Source of the DNA: Naegleria gruberi
Taxonomy: Eukaryota
Length of the DNA stretch: 64,000 nucleotides
Reading direction: 5' to 3' (one strand)
NCBI GenBank assembly: GCA_000004985.1
Contig: GG738864.1
Notes under the pieces: model-generated
The model's database searches: none
Seen by the model: only the letters and a program-made list of their open reading frames with translations
What the model was told of the DNA's origin: nothing
Made by a program: the position numbers and the translations under genes
In this document: positions 1-11,761 of the stretch, one piece after another
How the letters are laid out: the number at the start of each line of letters is the position of its first letter
Numbering within the stretch: position 1 is the stretch's first letter

Positions 1-1
1 C

Positions 2-2062
2 TGTTATGTTTCCGGAAGTAAGCCAATCATTACAGATAATACCTCACTTGTTACAACATTTAATGAGATTGTTAATAATTGGAGTCTTTCAACCCCAATA
101 CTGTGCTATCTACTTGGCCATAAATATTCAAAAGCAGGTCTAAGCTTTGATTGTCTAAAGGGTAGTGATACAAAGATATTACAATTAATCAGACAATACA
201 ATGCCAAACACTCAGAACAAGGTATTGAAGTGTTTCTAGCAATGATGACGAAAACAGAGAGTGGGTATGGAGATCCATATAATATTGAGTGGGAAGAGAC
301 TTCTTACAGCATTACTCATATGATTGATGAGAGTGGTCATATTCATTCAAACACCAATAACTTGGATTTGGACGAAAGTGATTTCTTTCCAGAAGATGCT
401 CTAGAAGAATTAGAACAATCTGGTGAAGAAGTAAGTTCTATCTGTACATTAATTTATAACTCAGTTCGTTGTCATCTCTAGATTGAAGAACATACAGGTA
501 ATGAAGGAGCTACTGCTTCAAGATGGTACAAATCAGCATGCTTAATCATTTATCCAAAGAGATTCAAATATTTAATGGCATTGAAGTTTGGTGGTTCAAG
601 TGCTTATAAAGGACTCCAGGATTTATGGGAAGCTTATCTGAAAGATGCTTCATTAAGAAATCAACTCGTTCAATATTTGAAGAGTTTTATAGAAAAAACG
701 TATAGTCGTTATATGGTTGGCAATTTTAGTATTGGTAATTACATTTCCGAATTAAGAGAATTGAGTTTGGCAAAATTATTACTTTCTCAATATAAATGTT
801 CGAAAGAAGATGTTATTCAAATGGTATCAGCATTTGGAATTGACCCACTCAGAAACGAAATCATTGGATACTATAAGAACATGGATTTTAATTCCCTTGC
901 TGAATTTTTGGATGTATTTCCTGATAATAATTTGGCTCAATTATTAATTCCTACTCTTCTAACCAATAATAGATACTCTTATAGAAGTAATTCATCAACA
1001 GATTATGAGACTGCATTAACCGCTTGCTCAAAGTATAATATTACCTTGGACTCTGAAACAAAAAAGAAAATTCTATCCGATAGTTCATATAACACTACTC
1101 AACTCTATCAATTGGGATGCAAACTAAAAGATATTTATTGTTTGATGGAAGTATTGAAAAGATCATTCTCTATCAGCTTGAATTCAAACAGATTCTATTT
1201 AAATTCTAATACTGTAACACCTCCTACCACATTACCTGTTAAAATAATTGTAAATTGTATTCAAATTATTGGACTTGATAATTGTAGAGCCACATTAGAA
1301 CAATTAATTTCAGAATTTGTGAATAGAAATGGAATTTCATCATCTCTAGATAGTATTCAATTATTTAGTGATAATACAGATAATATTCACGTATCAGATT
1401 TCATTTCAAAGTCAATTGTTAAGAATATTAAGGCAAGAAATGATTTAAAATCTCAAAACATTGATATTTATGAAAAGATATTTATTCAATTCTACAAGTG
1501 TGGAGCAATTGATGAGATGAGTGATCTTGCTAAATTATTAATTTCTAATCCTAATTCTCAATATATTCACTCAACAATTAATCCACTTGTTTTGAAAATT
1601 TCAAGAGCCAATATTAATGTTATCAATAGTGAACCCCTTCAATTTTTAATTAGAAAATGTATTCAATACTATGATTCAGTAATTACAAACCAATCAAATG
1701 TACCAACACCTAATAATTGGGTCATTAATGCTACTTTGGGTTGTACATGTGGTAATTGTAAATCATGTAATGAATTCCTCAAATCAGCCACACAAGTTAC
1801 TCATTCGATAAAGGCATCAGCCAGCGTTAGAGATCATGTCGAGAGGGAGTCACGTAAAGTTACAATTGATTTGCAATATGATACACTCAGACAAGGTTCT
1901 CCACACACTCTCGTATTGACAAAGATTAGAAAATCACAAGAATTGAAACAGAGAGCATTACAAGAGTCCATTACTTCCAGAAATAATTTAACACCACTGG
2001 TGAGGAAAGCAGGAGCATCCACAAATGATCCACCTTCCAAGAAGCTTAAAAGTGAACATTAA
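2..2062 (+). CDS. Hypothetical protein, 5'-partial (continues upstream of window). Exon ..430, intron 431-481 (GTAAGT..CTCTAG, 51 nt, phase-preserving), exon 482-2062. Cys cluster CTCGNCKSC near C-terminus
   Basis: The 230..481 and 575..2062 ORFs share a frame and are separated only by an in-frame TAG lying inside a canonical 51-nt GT..AG intron. The frame stays open to position 2. No family recognised. Confidence 0.55.
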
Positions 2063-2656
2063 TAAAGATGATCTATTACGCCACAGAATATTTATTGTTC
2101 ATCCATTATGTTAAACTTGGTATTCCTTAATAATAATGTTGATGATTTTCTTTTTCTACGTATGTAATTTTCCCATTGTCATTTCATTTGTAATAGTACT
2201 ATCATCTCTCCTGTTGTTCAACATTTGATTTCCATCAATTAAATAAAAGAATTTATCATTAATTTCGGAATGAGAAGACAGTGTTGATTAGTGATTGTCT
2301 ATTGATGTTGAGATTGAATTGATTAATTCCATCATTTAATTGTCTAATTGTCTGCGATTAAAAACATTGCAAGAGATGAAAATATTTCCAATTTCAGGAA
2401 ATCAAGTGTTTGTCTGTTGTTTTTGTAACAAACTGATTCGGAAGGATTTACACTCTCACTTTGTTTACTAATCACCATGTTGAAGAGAGTCATTTTGGTT
2501 TGCAAGCTTCATTGTTGTACATCCTTGTTGTGGTGAGTGATGAAAATTTTTTCCAAGTCTATTGCTTGCCATTTTTCGCTGAAGAAATTCTTTGTTGTAA
2601 AATAATAGTTAACCAAGAATAAAAAACTTGTTGAAAAAAAATAAGTCGAAAGCACA

Positions 2657-3550
2657 ATGGTTTGTATTCATCTGCTGAATTTTATCTTTGCTTACACTTT
2701 GCTGTTTTAATATTAACACTAACCTCCTCTTCATACCCTATTGTTAATGTTGTTCTTCAAATTTAAACTATAATAGCCTCCAAAGAATCCACAAGAAAAG
2801 AAGGCCAAGAAAGTCGTCAAGACCTCTGGTAAGAAGATCCAAAAGGGTGACTTCAAGAATTTATTGGCTCCTAGACCAAAGGATATCGGTATTGGTAGAG
2901 ATTTGGGCGCTAAGATGAACTTGACTAGATTCGTCAAATGGCCAGTTTATGTCCGTCTCCAAAGACAAAAGAGAATTCTCTTGAAGAGAGTCAAGATTCC
3001 ACCAGCAATCAACCAATTCAGAATTGTTGCTGATAAGCCTTTGGCTCACTCTGTTGTCCAATTCCTTGCTAAATACAAGCCAGAAGATGAACAACAAAAG
3101 AAGGAAAGACTCAGACAAGCTGCTAAGGATAAGGTTGAAGGTAAGGCTGCTACTCCAAAGAAGAGTGAATCCTCCCTCATCCACGGTATTAACGAAGTTG
3201 TCAAGGCTGTTGAAAGAAAGCAAGCTTCATTGGTCGTTATTGCTCACGATGTTGAACCAATCGAACTCGTTTTGTTCCTCCCTGCTTTGTGTAAGAAGCT
3301 CGATATCCCATACGTCATTGTTAAGTCCAAGTCCAGATTGGGTCAATTGGTCCACATGAAGAACTGTGCTGCTGTTGCTTTGACTGAAGTCAAGAAGGAA
3401 GATAGAGATCAATTCGCCAAGATTGTTGAAGCCGTCAGAGGTGCTTTCGTTGACAGATTCAGAACTGTCAATACCAAGTGGGGTGGTGGTCAATTGAGCA
3501 AGAGATCAATCATCGAACAAAAGAACAGAATCAAGAAGCTCAAACAATAA
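2657..3550 (+). CDS. RPL8: 60S ribosomal protein eL8 (L7a). Exon 1 is ATG only (2657-2659), intron 2660-2776 (GTTTGT..CACTAAC..ATAG), exon 2 2777-3550
   Basis: The translation MPPKNPQEKKAKKVV...RFVKWPVYVRLQRQKRILLKRVKIPPAINQF...VIAHDVEPIELVLFLPALCKKLDIPY matches the eL8/L7Ae family throughout. An intron immediately after the start codon with a CACTAAC branch site is typical of yeast ribosomal-protein genes. Confidence 0.9.
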
Positions 3551-3648
3551 ATTCCAACATAAAAACCATAAATTTAAAATTAAAAACATTTTACTTTTTT
3601 ATTTACAAAATAGACTTGCCCTTTTACTTTGGTTTTGCAGAGCTCTCC

Positions 3649-5178
3649 TTAAGGTAAGAACATGGATAAGAATTCATCCATATTTTCATCACGTTCTTGT
3701 TGCTTTGTTTCTTCGTCTTCATCTTGGAGAAATACGTTTTCAAAGGATCCAATCATGGAATCTTCTTGGTTTGTATCAATCATTGAAATCTCATCTAGTG
3801 GTGTTTGTTGCATTGGCACAGTATTGTGAGAAGGTTCTTGTTGGTAAGATTCAGAGATGAGAAAAGATGAAAAATCATAACTTGGAATATCACTGTTTGA
3901 GGAATGGGAAGAGACAGGAGTTCTTGAGACTGGTGAATAACTGTAGCTTGAAGATGCAGTTTCCCTTATTCTCATCTTGTTTGCCTTTTGTTGAGGAATT
4001 TTGATTGGTTGATGGTTACTAGCATATCGTTGTTTGAATTGTTGATAGTTAAAGGATTGAGAAAGTTGACTCAAATCTACACTATTCATATTTACAACTG
4101 ATTGAGTTTGCTGGGAACTGTTTGGTTCATGAACATTACTATTAGCATTGACTGCATTCAAACTTCCACCTCTTGGTGTTGACACTGATGCTCTTCTAAT
4201 ACTGGATCTTCTCTGTCTATGAACTGAATCTGAAGTACCACTTTGAGTATTGCTTCCTCCAACATTGAACATTGAAGTATTGCCATTGCTTCCTTCCAAT
4301 TCTAACAACTTGGTAAAGAAATCAAATTCAGCACTTGGTTGACCTCCAAATGATTGAACTCTTTGCAAATTATTGTGAGCATTATTGGGTGGAGGACTAA
4401 TCATTCCACTATTGTTACTAGTGTATGAGCTTCTTGGAGTTGATGAATTAGAATTTGAATTCAAATCCATCATCATTGAATCAGTCATTCCTCCATAACT
4501 GAAATTATTTGGATATGAGGATGAGATTCTTACAACCTTTGTTGGAGTATAGATACTATCATTACTATAACTATGATACATACTTTGAGCTGATGTATCA
4601 ATAAAGAGTGGATGAGAATCATCACCATTCAATTCTGATGTTGCGGTTGTTGCTGTTGTAACCGAATTGAGATTTTGTTGTTGAGGATTAGTATTATTAC
4701 TATGATACAATTGATTCATCGAATCAGAATGATGCAAACCTGAAACATTAAAGGTAGTTTGCAAGAGAGAAATACCAGATATTGTGTTTCTTCTTTTATG
4801 TGAATAATTGCTATTGGCACTCGAAGAATCATGATGAATGGCAGCAGCATCATATTGAGAGGTGGAGGAGGAGAGGAAATCATCATCGGTTGGAGTTACA
4901 ACTGAATGAGAGGATGAGTTCTTACGTTTCTTCCTATCATTCTTATCAGTCTTGAAGAAAAAGTAGTTGGCTTGAAATTCGGTATTGCTTCTGAATTGCT
5001 TGTTGACTTTGAGCAGTTTATCTCCTTTCAATTGAGTCTTGAGTTTCACCTCATCTGTTAGATCGACAATTGAGAATTTGCCATTACCATTCGAATCATT
5101 CGTTGATGCAGTTGATATTGTTGTGGCAGATGCAATTCCATTATTGTTGGTATTCAATGATGAAGAGGCTTGTTGCAT
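3649..5178 (-). CDS. Ser/Asn/Thr-rich low-complexity protein with acidic C-terminus, 509 aa ORF; function unknown, possibly a regulatory or transcription factor
   Basis: Long uninterrupted ORF with coding-like codon usage. Low-complexity S/N/T tracts, RRxS motifs, acidic tail DEDEETKQQERDENMDEF. No conserved domain recognised. Confidence 0.4.
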   Translation of the reverse strand: MQQASSSLNTNNNGIASATTISTASTNDSNGNGKFSIVDLTDEVKLKTQLKGDKLLKVNKQFRSNTEFQANYFFFKTDKNDRKKRKNSSSHSVVTPTDDDFLSSSTSQYDAAAIHHDSSSANSNYSHKRRNTISGISLLQTTFNVSGLHHSDSMNQLYHSNNTNPQQQNLNSVTTATTATSELNGDDSHPLFIDTSAQSMYHSYSNDSIYTPTKVVRISSSYPNNFSYGGMTDSMMMDLNSNSNSSTPRSSYTSNNSGMISPPPNNAHNNLQRVQSFGGQPSAEFDFFTKLLELEGSNGNTSMFNVGGSNTQSGTSDSVHRQRRSSIRRASVSTPRGGSLNAVNANSNVHEPNSSQQTQSVVNMNSVDLSQLSQSFNYQQFKQRYASNHQPIKIPQQKANKMRIRETASSSYSYSPVSRTPVSSHSSNSDIPSYDFSSFLISESYQQEPSHNTVPMQQTPLDEISMIDTNQEDSMIGSFENVFLQDEDEETKQQERDENMDEFLSMFLP

Positions 5179-5309
5179 TCTTTTTTGTCAGTGTTTTGAT
5201 GAATATTGTTGGTGGAGCTCTCTCTCGTTCCAAGTTTTCATTCTTCCTTCCATAATTGAGGAGCAACAATTAAAACATGTCATCAATTGCTTTGAATTGT
5301 TGCAGACTA

Positions 5310-5505
5310 GTGAAAAATTCATTTCATGCATGCAAAAACCTTTTTTGTAATTTGGAGGACAATATCGACATCAATGCACAATCTGATCCTCTCACATAAC
5401 CAGCCAATCCTTCTTCTGTGCTCGTTGGTTGTTGTTATTGTTCAATAGTATAAAAAAGGAATGTTTGAAATAGTCCCAATTGTCTCTATTTAATTGTAAT
5501 GTTCA
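5310..5505 (+). repeat. Copy A of a ~190-bp intergenic direct repeat
   Basis: The 5' and 3' thirds are near-identical to 5912-6110 (ttcatttcatgca..aaaacctttt.tgtaatttggag ... aaaaggaa..ttgaaatagtcccaatt.tctcta..attgtaat). The centre is diverged. Confidence 0.6.
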
Positions 5506-5911
5506 TTGCGTGGTATTACAATGAATCTTCGTGTGAGATTTCTAATATTCTGTTCGATTCCTAAAAAATTCAGCAGCTGTTTGATATTAAATCAGGAAAA
5601 ACAGGATTTTTTTGACCCAGTAGCCAATTTTTCTAATAGCAATCGAATGAATATTGACAAATCTTACCATGATTGTTTAACTATATTTTTATCACTATTC
5701 ATACGCTGTCTAAAAATCTTCTGAATAAAATCAAAAAAACAAGCATTAGAAAAGATTAAGCAAATTGCTCCAACATTTGCATGTTTGTGTAATAAAGGAA
5801 GTGACCTGACAGATAGTGCAAATTATTGGTGCTTAACTCAAGGAGAATTGGCTTCAAGCAGACTTGAATCAACAATAAAAATCACTTGCCAACATGTTTC
5901 CCCCTCAGTCA

Positions 5912-6110
5912 ATACAACAATTTTCATTTCATGCAAAAACCTTTTATGTAATTTGGAGAATAATATTGTAGATAGGTTGTCCAATCTGATCCACAATCTA
6001 ATCCACTCATTTATCCATGTTAACCTTTTCTGTAAGGATTTGTAATAGTATTTAAAAGGAAATTTGAAATAGTCCCAATTTTCTCTAATCTATTGTAATA
6101 TTAAATGATG
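5912..6110 (+). repeat. Copy B of the ~190-bp intergenic direct repeat (period ~600 bp)
   Basis: See copy A. Overall identity is about 75% with conserved ends. Confidence 0.6.
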
Positions 6111-6116
6111 GTGAAA

Positions 6117-7247
6117 TCACTTTGAATTTTCTGAAGATACTGTTGTTGGAGTACTGTTTTTGGCTGCATTCTTAGATGAATCGTCAAATTTAGTTCTAAG
6201 ATTTTTGTAAGCTCTTGCTGTCTTTTCTTCATTACTGACATAATTTTGTCCGACTCCAGATCCACCATCATTACCAATTTTAGTACCATCTCGTGAGTAA
6301 ACTCTGTATCTATTGTTTTGAACACCTCTAACTCTATTCTCCTCGATTTCTTTCATTTTAGAGGTTTGAGCTTCTCTTCTCACAAGAGAGGTCATTCCTT
6401 TGAAAACTAAATAAATTGCAAAAACGTAAGCCACGTAAGCCATCAATTTCATACCGAGAGCAATGGCTTTAGTTGGAGTCATTCCGTTCATCTTAATGTC
6501 GTAAACAAAACTGAAAATGACTGGTGATTTCAACAAGACTTTTTTAACAAGCTCATGTTGGTCTTTGAAATGAGTTTGAATTATAGTTTCTCTTTGTTTC
6601 ATTTCTTTTTCTTGTCTTCTCTCTGAATTATACTTATTCATAATACCAAGGAAAGTGGTATGTTCTGAATCAGCAAACCATGTCTTTTCACCCTTCTTAT
6701 ATTTTTCAATTCTTGTCAGGAAATCATCATCTGAAAATGGGAATACATCGAATGGATTGTAACGAGATCCACTACTAAATGGATCCTTTCCCCAAAATCC
6801 TCTTGGATCTGATTGTCCTGTTCCAAATGGTGCACTATTTGGATTGTTTGGATTTTGAACATTTCCTTGTTTAATTTGAGAATAGGCTGCATTAATTTCA
6901 GCCATCTTATCTTTAGCATCCTCTGTCTTGTTAAGATCTGGGTGAAATTTCTTACTCAACTTGATATAAGCCTTTCTGACAACATCTTCACTTGCTCCAA
7001 ATTGAACTCCTAAAACTTCATATGGATTTTTCGTGGCATTTTGAAAAAAGGATTGTGTATGAAAGGAACGACTTGTTCCGATATTTAATAAATCCAAATA
7101 ATTATTATTGCGTTTTAATAAATTACTATTATTGCTACTATTAATGTTCCAAAGAAATAAATTATTCAGTGATGATGACAAACGTAAATTGGAGGAGAAG
7201 GTGGCGAAAGTTTGTCTTCGAGAGTATCGGGAAATCATTCGAGACAT
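6117..7247 (-). CDS. J-domain (DnaJ/Hsp40-like) protein with an N-terminal mitochondrial-presequence-like region and one TM segment, 376 aa
   Basis: J-domain [51 protein letters not shown] with the HPD motif. Arg/Ser-rich N-terminus [17 protein letters not shown]. Hydrophobic segment [22 protein letters not shown]. Confidence 0.75.
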   Translation of the reverse strand: MSRMISRYSRRQTFATFSSNLRLSSSLNNLFLWNINSSNNSNLLKRNNNYLDLLNIGTSRSFHTQSFFQNATKNPYEVLGVQFGASEDVVRKAYIKLSKKFHPDLNKTEDAKDKMAEINAAYSQIKQGNVQNPNNPNSAPFGTGQSDPRGFWGKDPFSSGSRYNPFDVFPFSDDDFLTRIEKYKKGEKTWFADSEHTTFLGIMNKYNSERRQEKEMKQRETIIQTHFKDQHELVKKVLLKSPVIFSFVYDIKMNGMTPTKAIALGMKLMAYVAYVFAIYLVFKGMTSLVRREAQTSKMKEIEENRVRGVQNNRYRVYSRDGTKIGNDGGSGVGQNYVSNEEKTARAYKNLRTKFDDSSKNAAKNSTPTTVSSENSK

Positions 7248-7554
7248 TTTTTAATTAAAGTACAAGATATTATGTGGATGATGACGACAATATATTGTTG
7301 AACGAATACTTGCAAAAGTACTCATAAATCAGAAATGATTGAGGCATATTCTTATTGTTTTCATCAAGAATTACAACACCTTTGCAGAAGAGTGAGAGTT
7401 TCAAACTTGTGAAGTGGTAAAAATGAAGGGACGAAACTTTGATTGTAAAAACAAAAATCGGTGGTCATCCCAGGAAATTTTTTGAAAAAAAAAGCCCAAA
7501 CGTAAGTAGACCTTTTATTTCGCCCATCTCGTTACACAGACATTTTAATAGAAA

Positions 7555-7803
7555 ATGCAAAACGACGCCGGTGTCCAAGTTGATTACTATCACCCAAGAA
7601 AGTGTACTGCCACTAAGAATTTGATCACTGCTAAGGATCACGCTTCCGTTCAAATCACTGTTGGTTTGGTTGATGAAAACGGTGTTTACACTGGTGAAAA
7701 TGCCACTGTTGCTTTGTGCGGTGATTTGAGAATGAAGGCTAAGTCTGATGGTGCTGTCAACAGACTCATGCTCGAACAAAAGATTATGAAGGATATCCAA
7801 TAA
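7555..7803 (+). CDS. RPS21: 40S ribosomal protein eS21, 82 aa
   Basis: MQNDAGVQVDYYHPRKCTATKNLITAKDHASVQITVGLVDENGVYTGENATVALCGDLR matches the eS21 family end to end. A possible 50-nt 5'UTR intron lies at 7502-7551 (GTAAGT..TAATAG). Confidence 0.9.
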   Translation: MQNDAGVQVDYYHPRKCTATKNLITAKDHASVQITVGLVDENGVYTGENATVALCGDLRMKAKSDGAVNRLMLEQKIMKDIQ

Positions 7804-7937
7804 ATTCTCAACTAAAAAACTATTTAAAATATTAAATTTACCTTTACTTTTTCTAATTACAATAGTAGAATGACATTTGAAAAAGCATTAGATGATATTT
7901 CAACATCATTCGTTTTTGCTTATTATTTTCAAAAACA

Positions 7938-10601
7938 ATGTCTCTAATTGGCCCAAAGGATTTATCGGACCAATGCAAAATTCATATCAGCAAGGATTAT
8001 AACTTGCAGATTGTTAGCATTGTCATTTGCTTTCTGAGTATTATAAGTAGTGTTTTTGTATTTGCAGGAGTGTTTTTGTATAGGAAGGAGACCAAATCGC
8101 CTCGGATGAACATTTTAGCGTATGTATTAATCTAATTCTTCTCATCAACAACTTTATCTGTTTTACAATTCTTGTTAAATTTCATTATTTCACCAATGTT
8201 CTCTTTCAACAACAATATAACATCATTACGATAGTATAATCAACATTTTCGGATTCATCTATTGTTTATGTATTGAAATTGAATCAATAATTATCACATT
8301 GTGTAGGTTTTCGCAAAATGTAATAATACTAATTAATTAATCAACATGATTGTACATCATCAACTTTGTTCCGAATTCAATTCATCAAAAATCATCATCA
8401 AATCTGAAATAATACAGTGGGAAATGTCACTTACATTTATCCTCTATGCCAAATTCAAGCCTTTGTTGCAAATAGCTCTTCATTGTGTCTGAACACATTT
8501 TCTCTGTGTTTGACATTCTTCCTCTTCTACACAGTGGTTGTTAATAATCAGTATAGGAAATTGAAATCCCTCTACTCTAAACTCATTATCATCTTTTTAG
8601 TGCTTTGTTTCCTTGTCTCTATTCCATTCTTTGTATTTATATTTCCTGTTCCAGTTCCAAACTCTTCGAGATATGCAGAGCTCTATGGAAAATCATCGAA
8701 ATTGTGGTGTGATTTTGCCAATACCCCTAATCATTATATTAATCAAACTGATGATGCATCAATGAGTAGTTTTATTAGTCAATCATCACCTAAATTGCTA
8801 ATGACATCAACAATATCAACAATGGGAGAATTTTCGAGGAAGAATGCAACAGTGGCGGATCCTGTGGAAACTTATTGGGCTATTTTCTTTGAGATTGGAT
8901 TCTTTTATGTTCCAAATACTCTAATTCTGTTTGGGTATGTTTCCTATTTCATGACATGAATTAATATTTGGAAATTATAGAAATGTTCTCTTGTTTTTAG
9001 TGATTATTGTGAAAATTAGGAGGAATTCAACAATTCTTAAGAATCACCAACAGATGTTTTCATTGATGAGGGAGTCTTCTTCCAACACCTCTATTGTAGA
9101 TGATTCAGAGGTTTCTCAATCGGTTCCTATTAAAAATCCAAAGAGAGTTGGTTCTATGGCAAATATGAGTCCATCCAATAGGAGGAACACACCATCGGTT
9201 GGCTCTCTTGGAAATAATCTTTCATTTTCTAATGAATGTATTGATGAGGACAATCAGGAGGCAATAGATGAAGGAAGGCCATTACTGAATCCAAAAAAGT
9301 TTTTCACGAGTAATTCTTCTTCTTTAAATCTACTGGCAAAGAAGGGATCTTCAAATTCATTGGTTATTCCAAAAAGTGGCCCAAAGCCAAACTCAGTCAC
9401 ACAACCTTTGGAGGCATCTCTTCCTAGTACTTTTTCCTTCTTTATGTTTGGAAGTAATATCAAATATTCCACGTTAACACAGAGAGATATTGATGAATAT
9501 ATTCAATTTTTACATTCTCAATCTAGAACAGCCTTGTATTATATTGCCGTATTGACATTTAATTGGATTGTATGGATTGTTTCAAGGTTATGTTGGGAAT
9601 TTACACAATGTCAACAATCTGAGAGTCAATCTATTATCATTTTCGTTCTTTTATCGATAGCAGAACAATGTAGTGGACCTAGAATGAGTTCCATTCTGCT
9701 ATCTATTATTTTTGGTATTAGTGAGGATACAGTTTCACCATCAACACTTTTTGACATGTTCCAAGATGTAACATGTCTCAGATATTTTACGACATATTGT
9801 TCTGAGAGAGATTCAACAGTTTCTAACAAAGAACCACAAGAAGAAAAACCATTACCTATCGAATATGATAATTTGGTTTTCTTTTGGTTTGATATTTATC
9901 AACTCAAAGAGCTAATTATGAAGGAAGAGGAGACAGAGCAAGAATTGAGAAAGAAGAAAATATCTGCAAAGGTTCAAGATATTTGTGATCTCTACTTCTC
10001 TGAAACATCACAATTTAAAATCAATTCTGACATTGTTACGAATAAGGAGAAGAACTTCTTGAGGACAACATGTATTAATTATATTAAGGGAGGTGCTCAT
10101 GACGAATCTGATGACGAATATTCAGAGAGTAGTGATGTTGAAGGAGATTCAGCCTCAACTGTATCAGGAGCTCATGAAGGAGTTCCTAAAGAAGATTTGG
10201 TTCTTCTCAACACTTTGAAACAACCTTTAAAATCATCACTTAAAATTATGAATGATTTATTATCAGAATTTAAAACTAGCCCAGCTTTTGATGAACTTAT
10301 TAATATTTTGAGAATGAAAGCTGTTTCGCAAAGAAGAAGCTTATTCAAAGACATTATCTCCAAATTGGGAAGGTTATTTATTAACTGCTTTGGAATGTGT
10401 CAAGTGTTCTTTTTGTCCAGTAGACATGAAAGTGAAGTTGAAGGATATGAAACAGTTACAGATATTGAAAATAAGCATGTAGATCATGTTGATGTACAAA
10501 TCAAGGACTTGTGGTCCAAAGAATATTCGCAAGATGTTTTCGAATTCCTCGAAAGACTAAAGAATTTGAAATTGGATAATAGAAAGATTTGGGTAATTTA
10601 G
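7938..10601 (+). CDS. Seven-TM receptor-like protein with a C-terminal RGS domain (GPCR-RGS fusion). Proposed exons 7938-8119, 8476-8934 (alternative acceptor 8418), 8981-10601; intron 8935-8980 (GTATGT..TATAG, 46 nt)
   Basis: Seven hydrophobic helices (IVSIVICFLSIISSVFVFAGVFLY; FSLCLTFFLFYTVVV; LIIIFLVLCFLVSIPFFVFIF; YWAIFFEIGFFYVPNTLILFG+NVLLFLVIIV; TALYYIAVLTFNWIVWIV; IIIFVLLSIAEQ...ILLSIIFGI). They are followed by an RGS-like region (LRYFTTYCSERDS...NLVFFWFDIYQLKEL...AKVQDICDLYFSETSQFKINSDIV). The 8119 to 8476 junction is the only phase-consistent join found for intron 1 and remains uncertain. Confidence 0.55.
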
Positions 10602-10685
10602 TTAATATGTACTACAAAGTCAACAACAGAACACTCCACACGTTCTATTGTCATCTAATGTATTGATTAGTTAGTAATTTACAAG

Positions 10686-11761
10686 TTATTGTTTGAGTTC
10701 ATCAAAGTATGGATGTTTAAGGGCATCACTTGCACTTATTCTATTTGCAGGATTTATGACTAACATTCTTGATAGCAGATCCAATCCTTGGGAGTCTAAA
10801 GGTGTATTAATAAATTTTGATGCAAGCAAATTTACGTTCCATTTAGGGAATGTTGTTCTAAAGTTTGGTAATTGTGTTACAGCTCCATCAGAAGGTGTGC
10901 CTAATAATTGGAATACCTTAAATAAATGGTCAATTTCTGAATCGCTTGGGAATAATGGTTGTAATAAAACCAATTCAGCAAAGATACAACCAACTGTTTA
11001 AAGTAAATTAAAACAATAAACGAGTTCACTACTTACTTGACCATATATCTACTGAGGTTGAATATTTGTTTGCTCCCAATAAGAGTTCTGGGCATCTGTA
11101 CCACAAAGTAATGACTTCCTTAGTGAGTGTTCTGAGAGGAATATTGAATTCTCTGGCCAACCCAAAGTCTGCAAGTTTAATATTCCCCTGGGAATCTATC
11201 AGAATATTTTGTGGTTTGATATCTTTGAAGAGTTATAAAATAGGTTCAAAATGTGAAACAAACCTCTATGTAATACACGTCGTGCATGACAAAAAGCCAG
11301 AGCTTGTAACATCTGGAACATGTATTTCTTCACTAAAATTGGAGGGAAATATGTTTTAGTTTTTCTTTGTTGATCGATAAATACTTTAAGGTCACTATCT
11401 ACAAATTCAAATACTAAATTCAATTGATTGTTTTCGTGTATTACTTCAAAAAGTCTTTAGAATTTCAATACGAGAAATAGTTCAATAATTGAAACCTACC
11501 TTACAACACAAGGGTGACAAATATGTTTCAGCAAGGCAATTTCTCTCAATGTTGTGGATGGTACTCCTTCATCTTCCTTTTCTAATCTAATTCTCTTCAC
11601 TGCCACAACGTTATTATTTGTTAAATCTATGGCCTAAATGTATTTCAAGTTTAGATTAGATCAATAACAAGTAGAATCACAAAATACTGACTTTAAAAAC
11701 TACACCATATGTTCCTTCTCCAATCTTTTCTAACTTTTCATATTTGGCCAATTTACTTGAT
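10686..11761 (-). CDS. Cyclin-dependent kinase, Pho85/Cdk5-like (PSTTLRE variant of PSTAIRE). Exons (minus strand) 11761-11692, 11633-11500, 11454-11264, 11222-11037, 10993-10686; introns 58, 45, 41 and 43 nt. The start-codon exon is unresolved (candidate poly-Gln exon 11929-11844)
   Basis: Spliced translation: [18 protein letters not shown]|[45 protein letters not shown]|[27 protein letters not shown]...CHARRVLHR|[62 protein letters not shown]|IGCIFAEL...[21 protein letters not shown]...[10 protein letters not shown]. All junctions are phase-consistent. 5' splice sites are GTCAGT, GTAGGT, GTTTGT, GTAAGT. Confidence 0.8.

Noticed and set aside
230-481. Separate 83-aa ORF upstream of the 575..2062 ORF
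   Set aside because: It shares a frame with the downstream ORF and is separated from it only by a TAG lying inside a canonical 51-nt GTAAGT..CTCTAG intron. It is treated as exon 1 of one larger gene.
2476-2540. Alternative first exon for the eL8 gene using the upstream ATG at 2476 and a GTGAGT donor at 2533
   Set aside because: Its translation (MLKRVILVCKLHCCTSLLW) has no similarity to eL8 N-termini. The ATG|GTTTGT model instead yields the conserved MPPK... start, and GTTTGT donors are independently used in the CDK gene.
5310-6110. Interpretation of the 190-bp direct repeats as LTRs of a retrotransposon
   Set aside because: No internal ORFs are present. No primer-binding site complementary to a tRNA 3' end follows copy A, and no polypurine tract precedes copy B. 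TG..CA termini are not evident. Kept only as an unclassified repeat.
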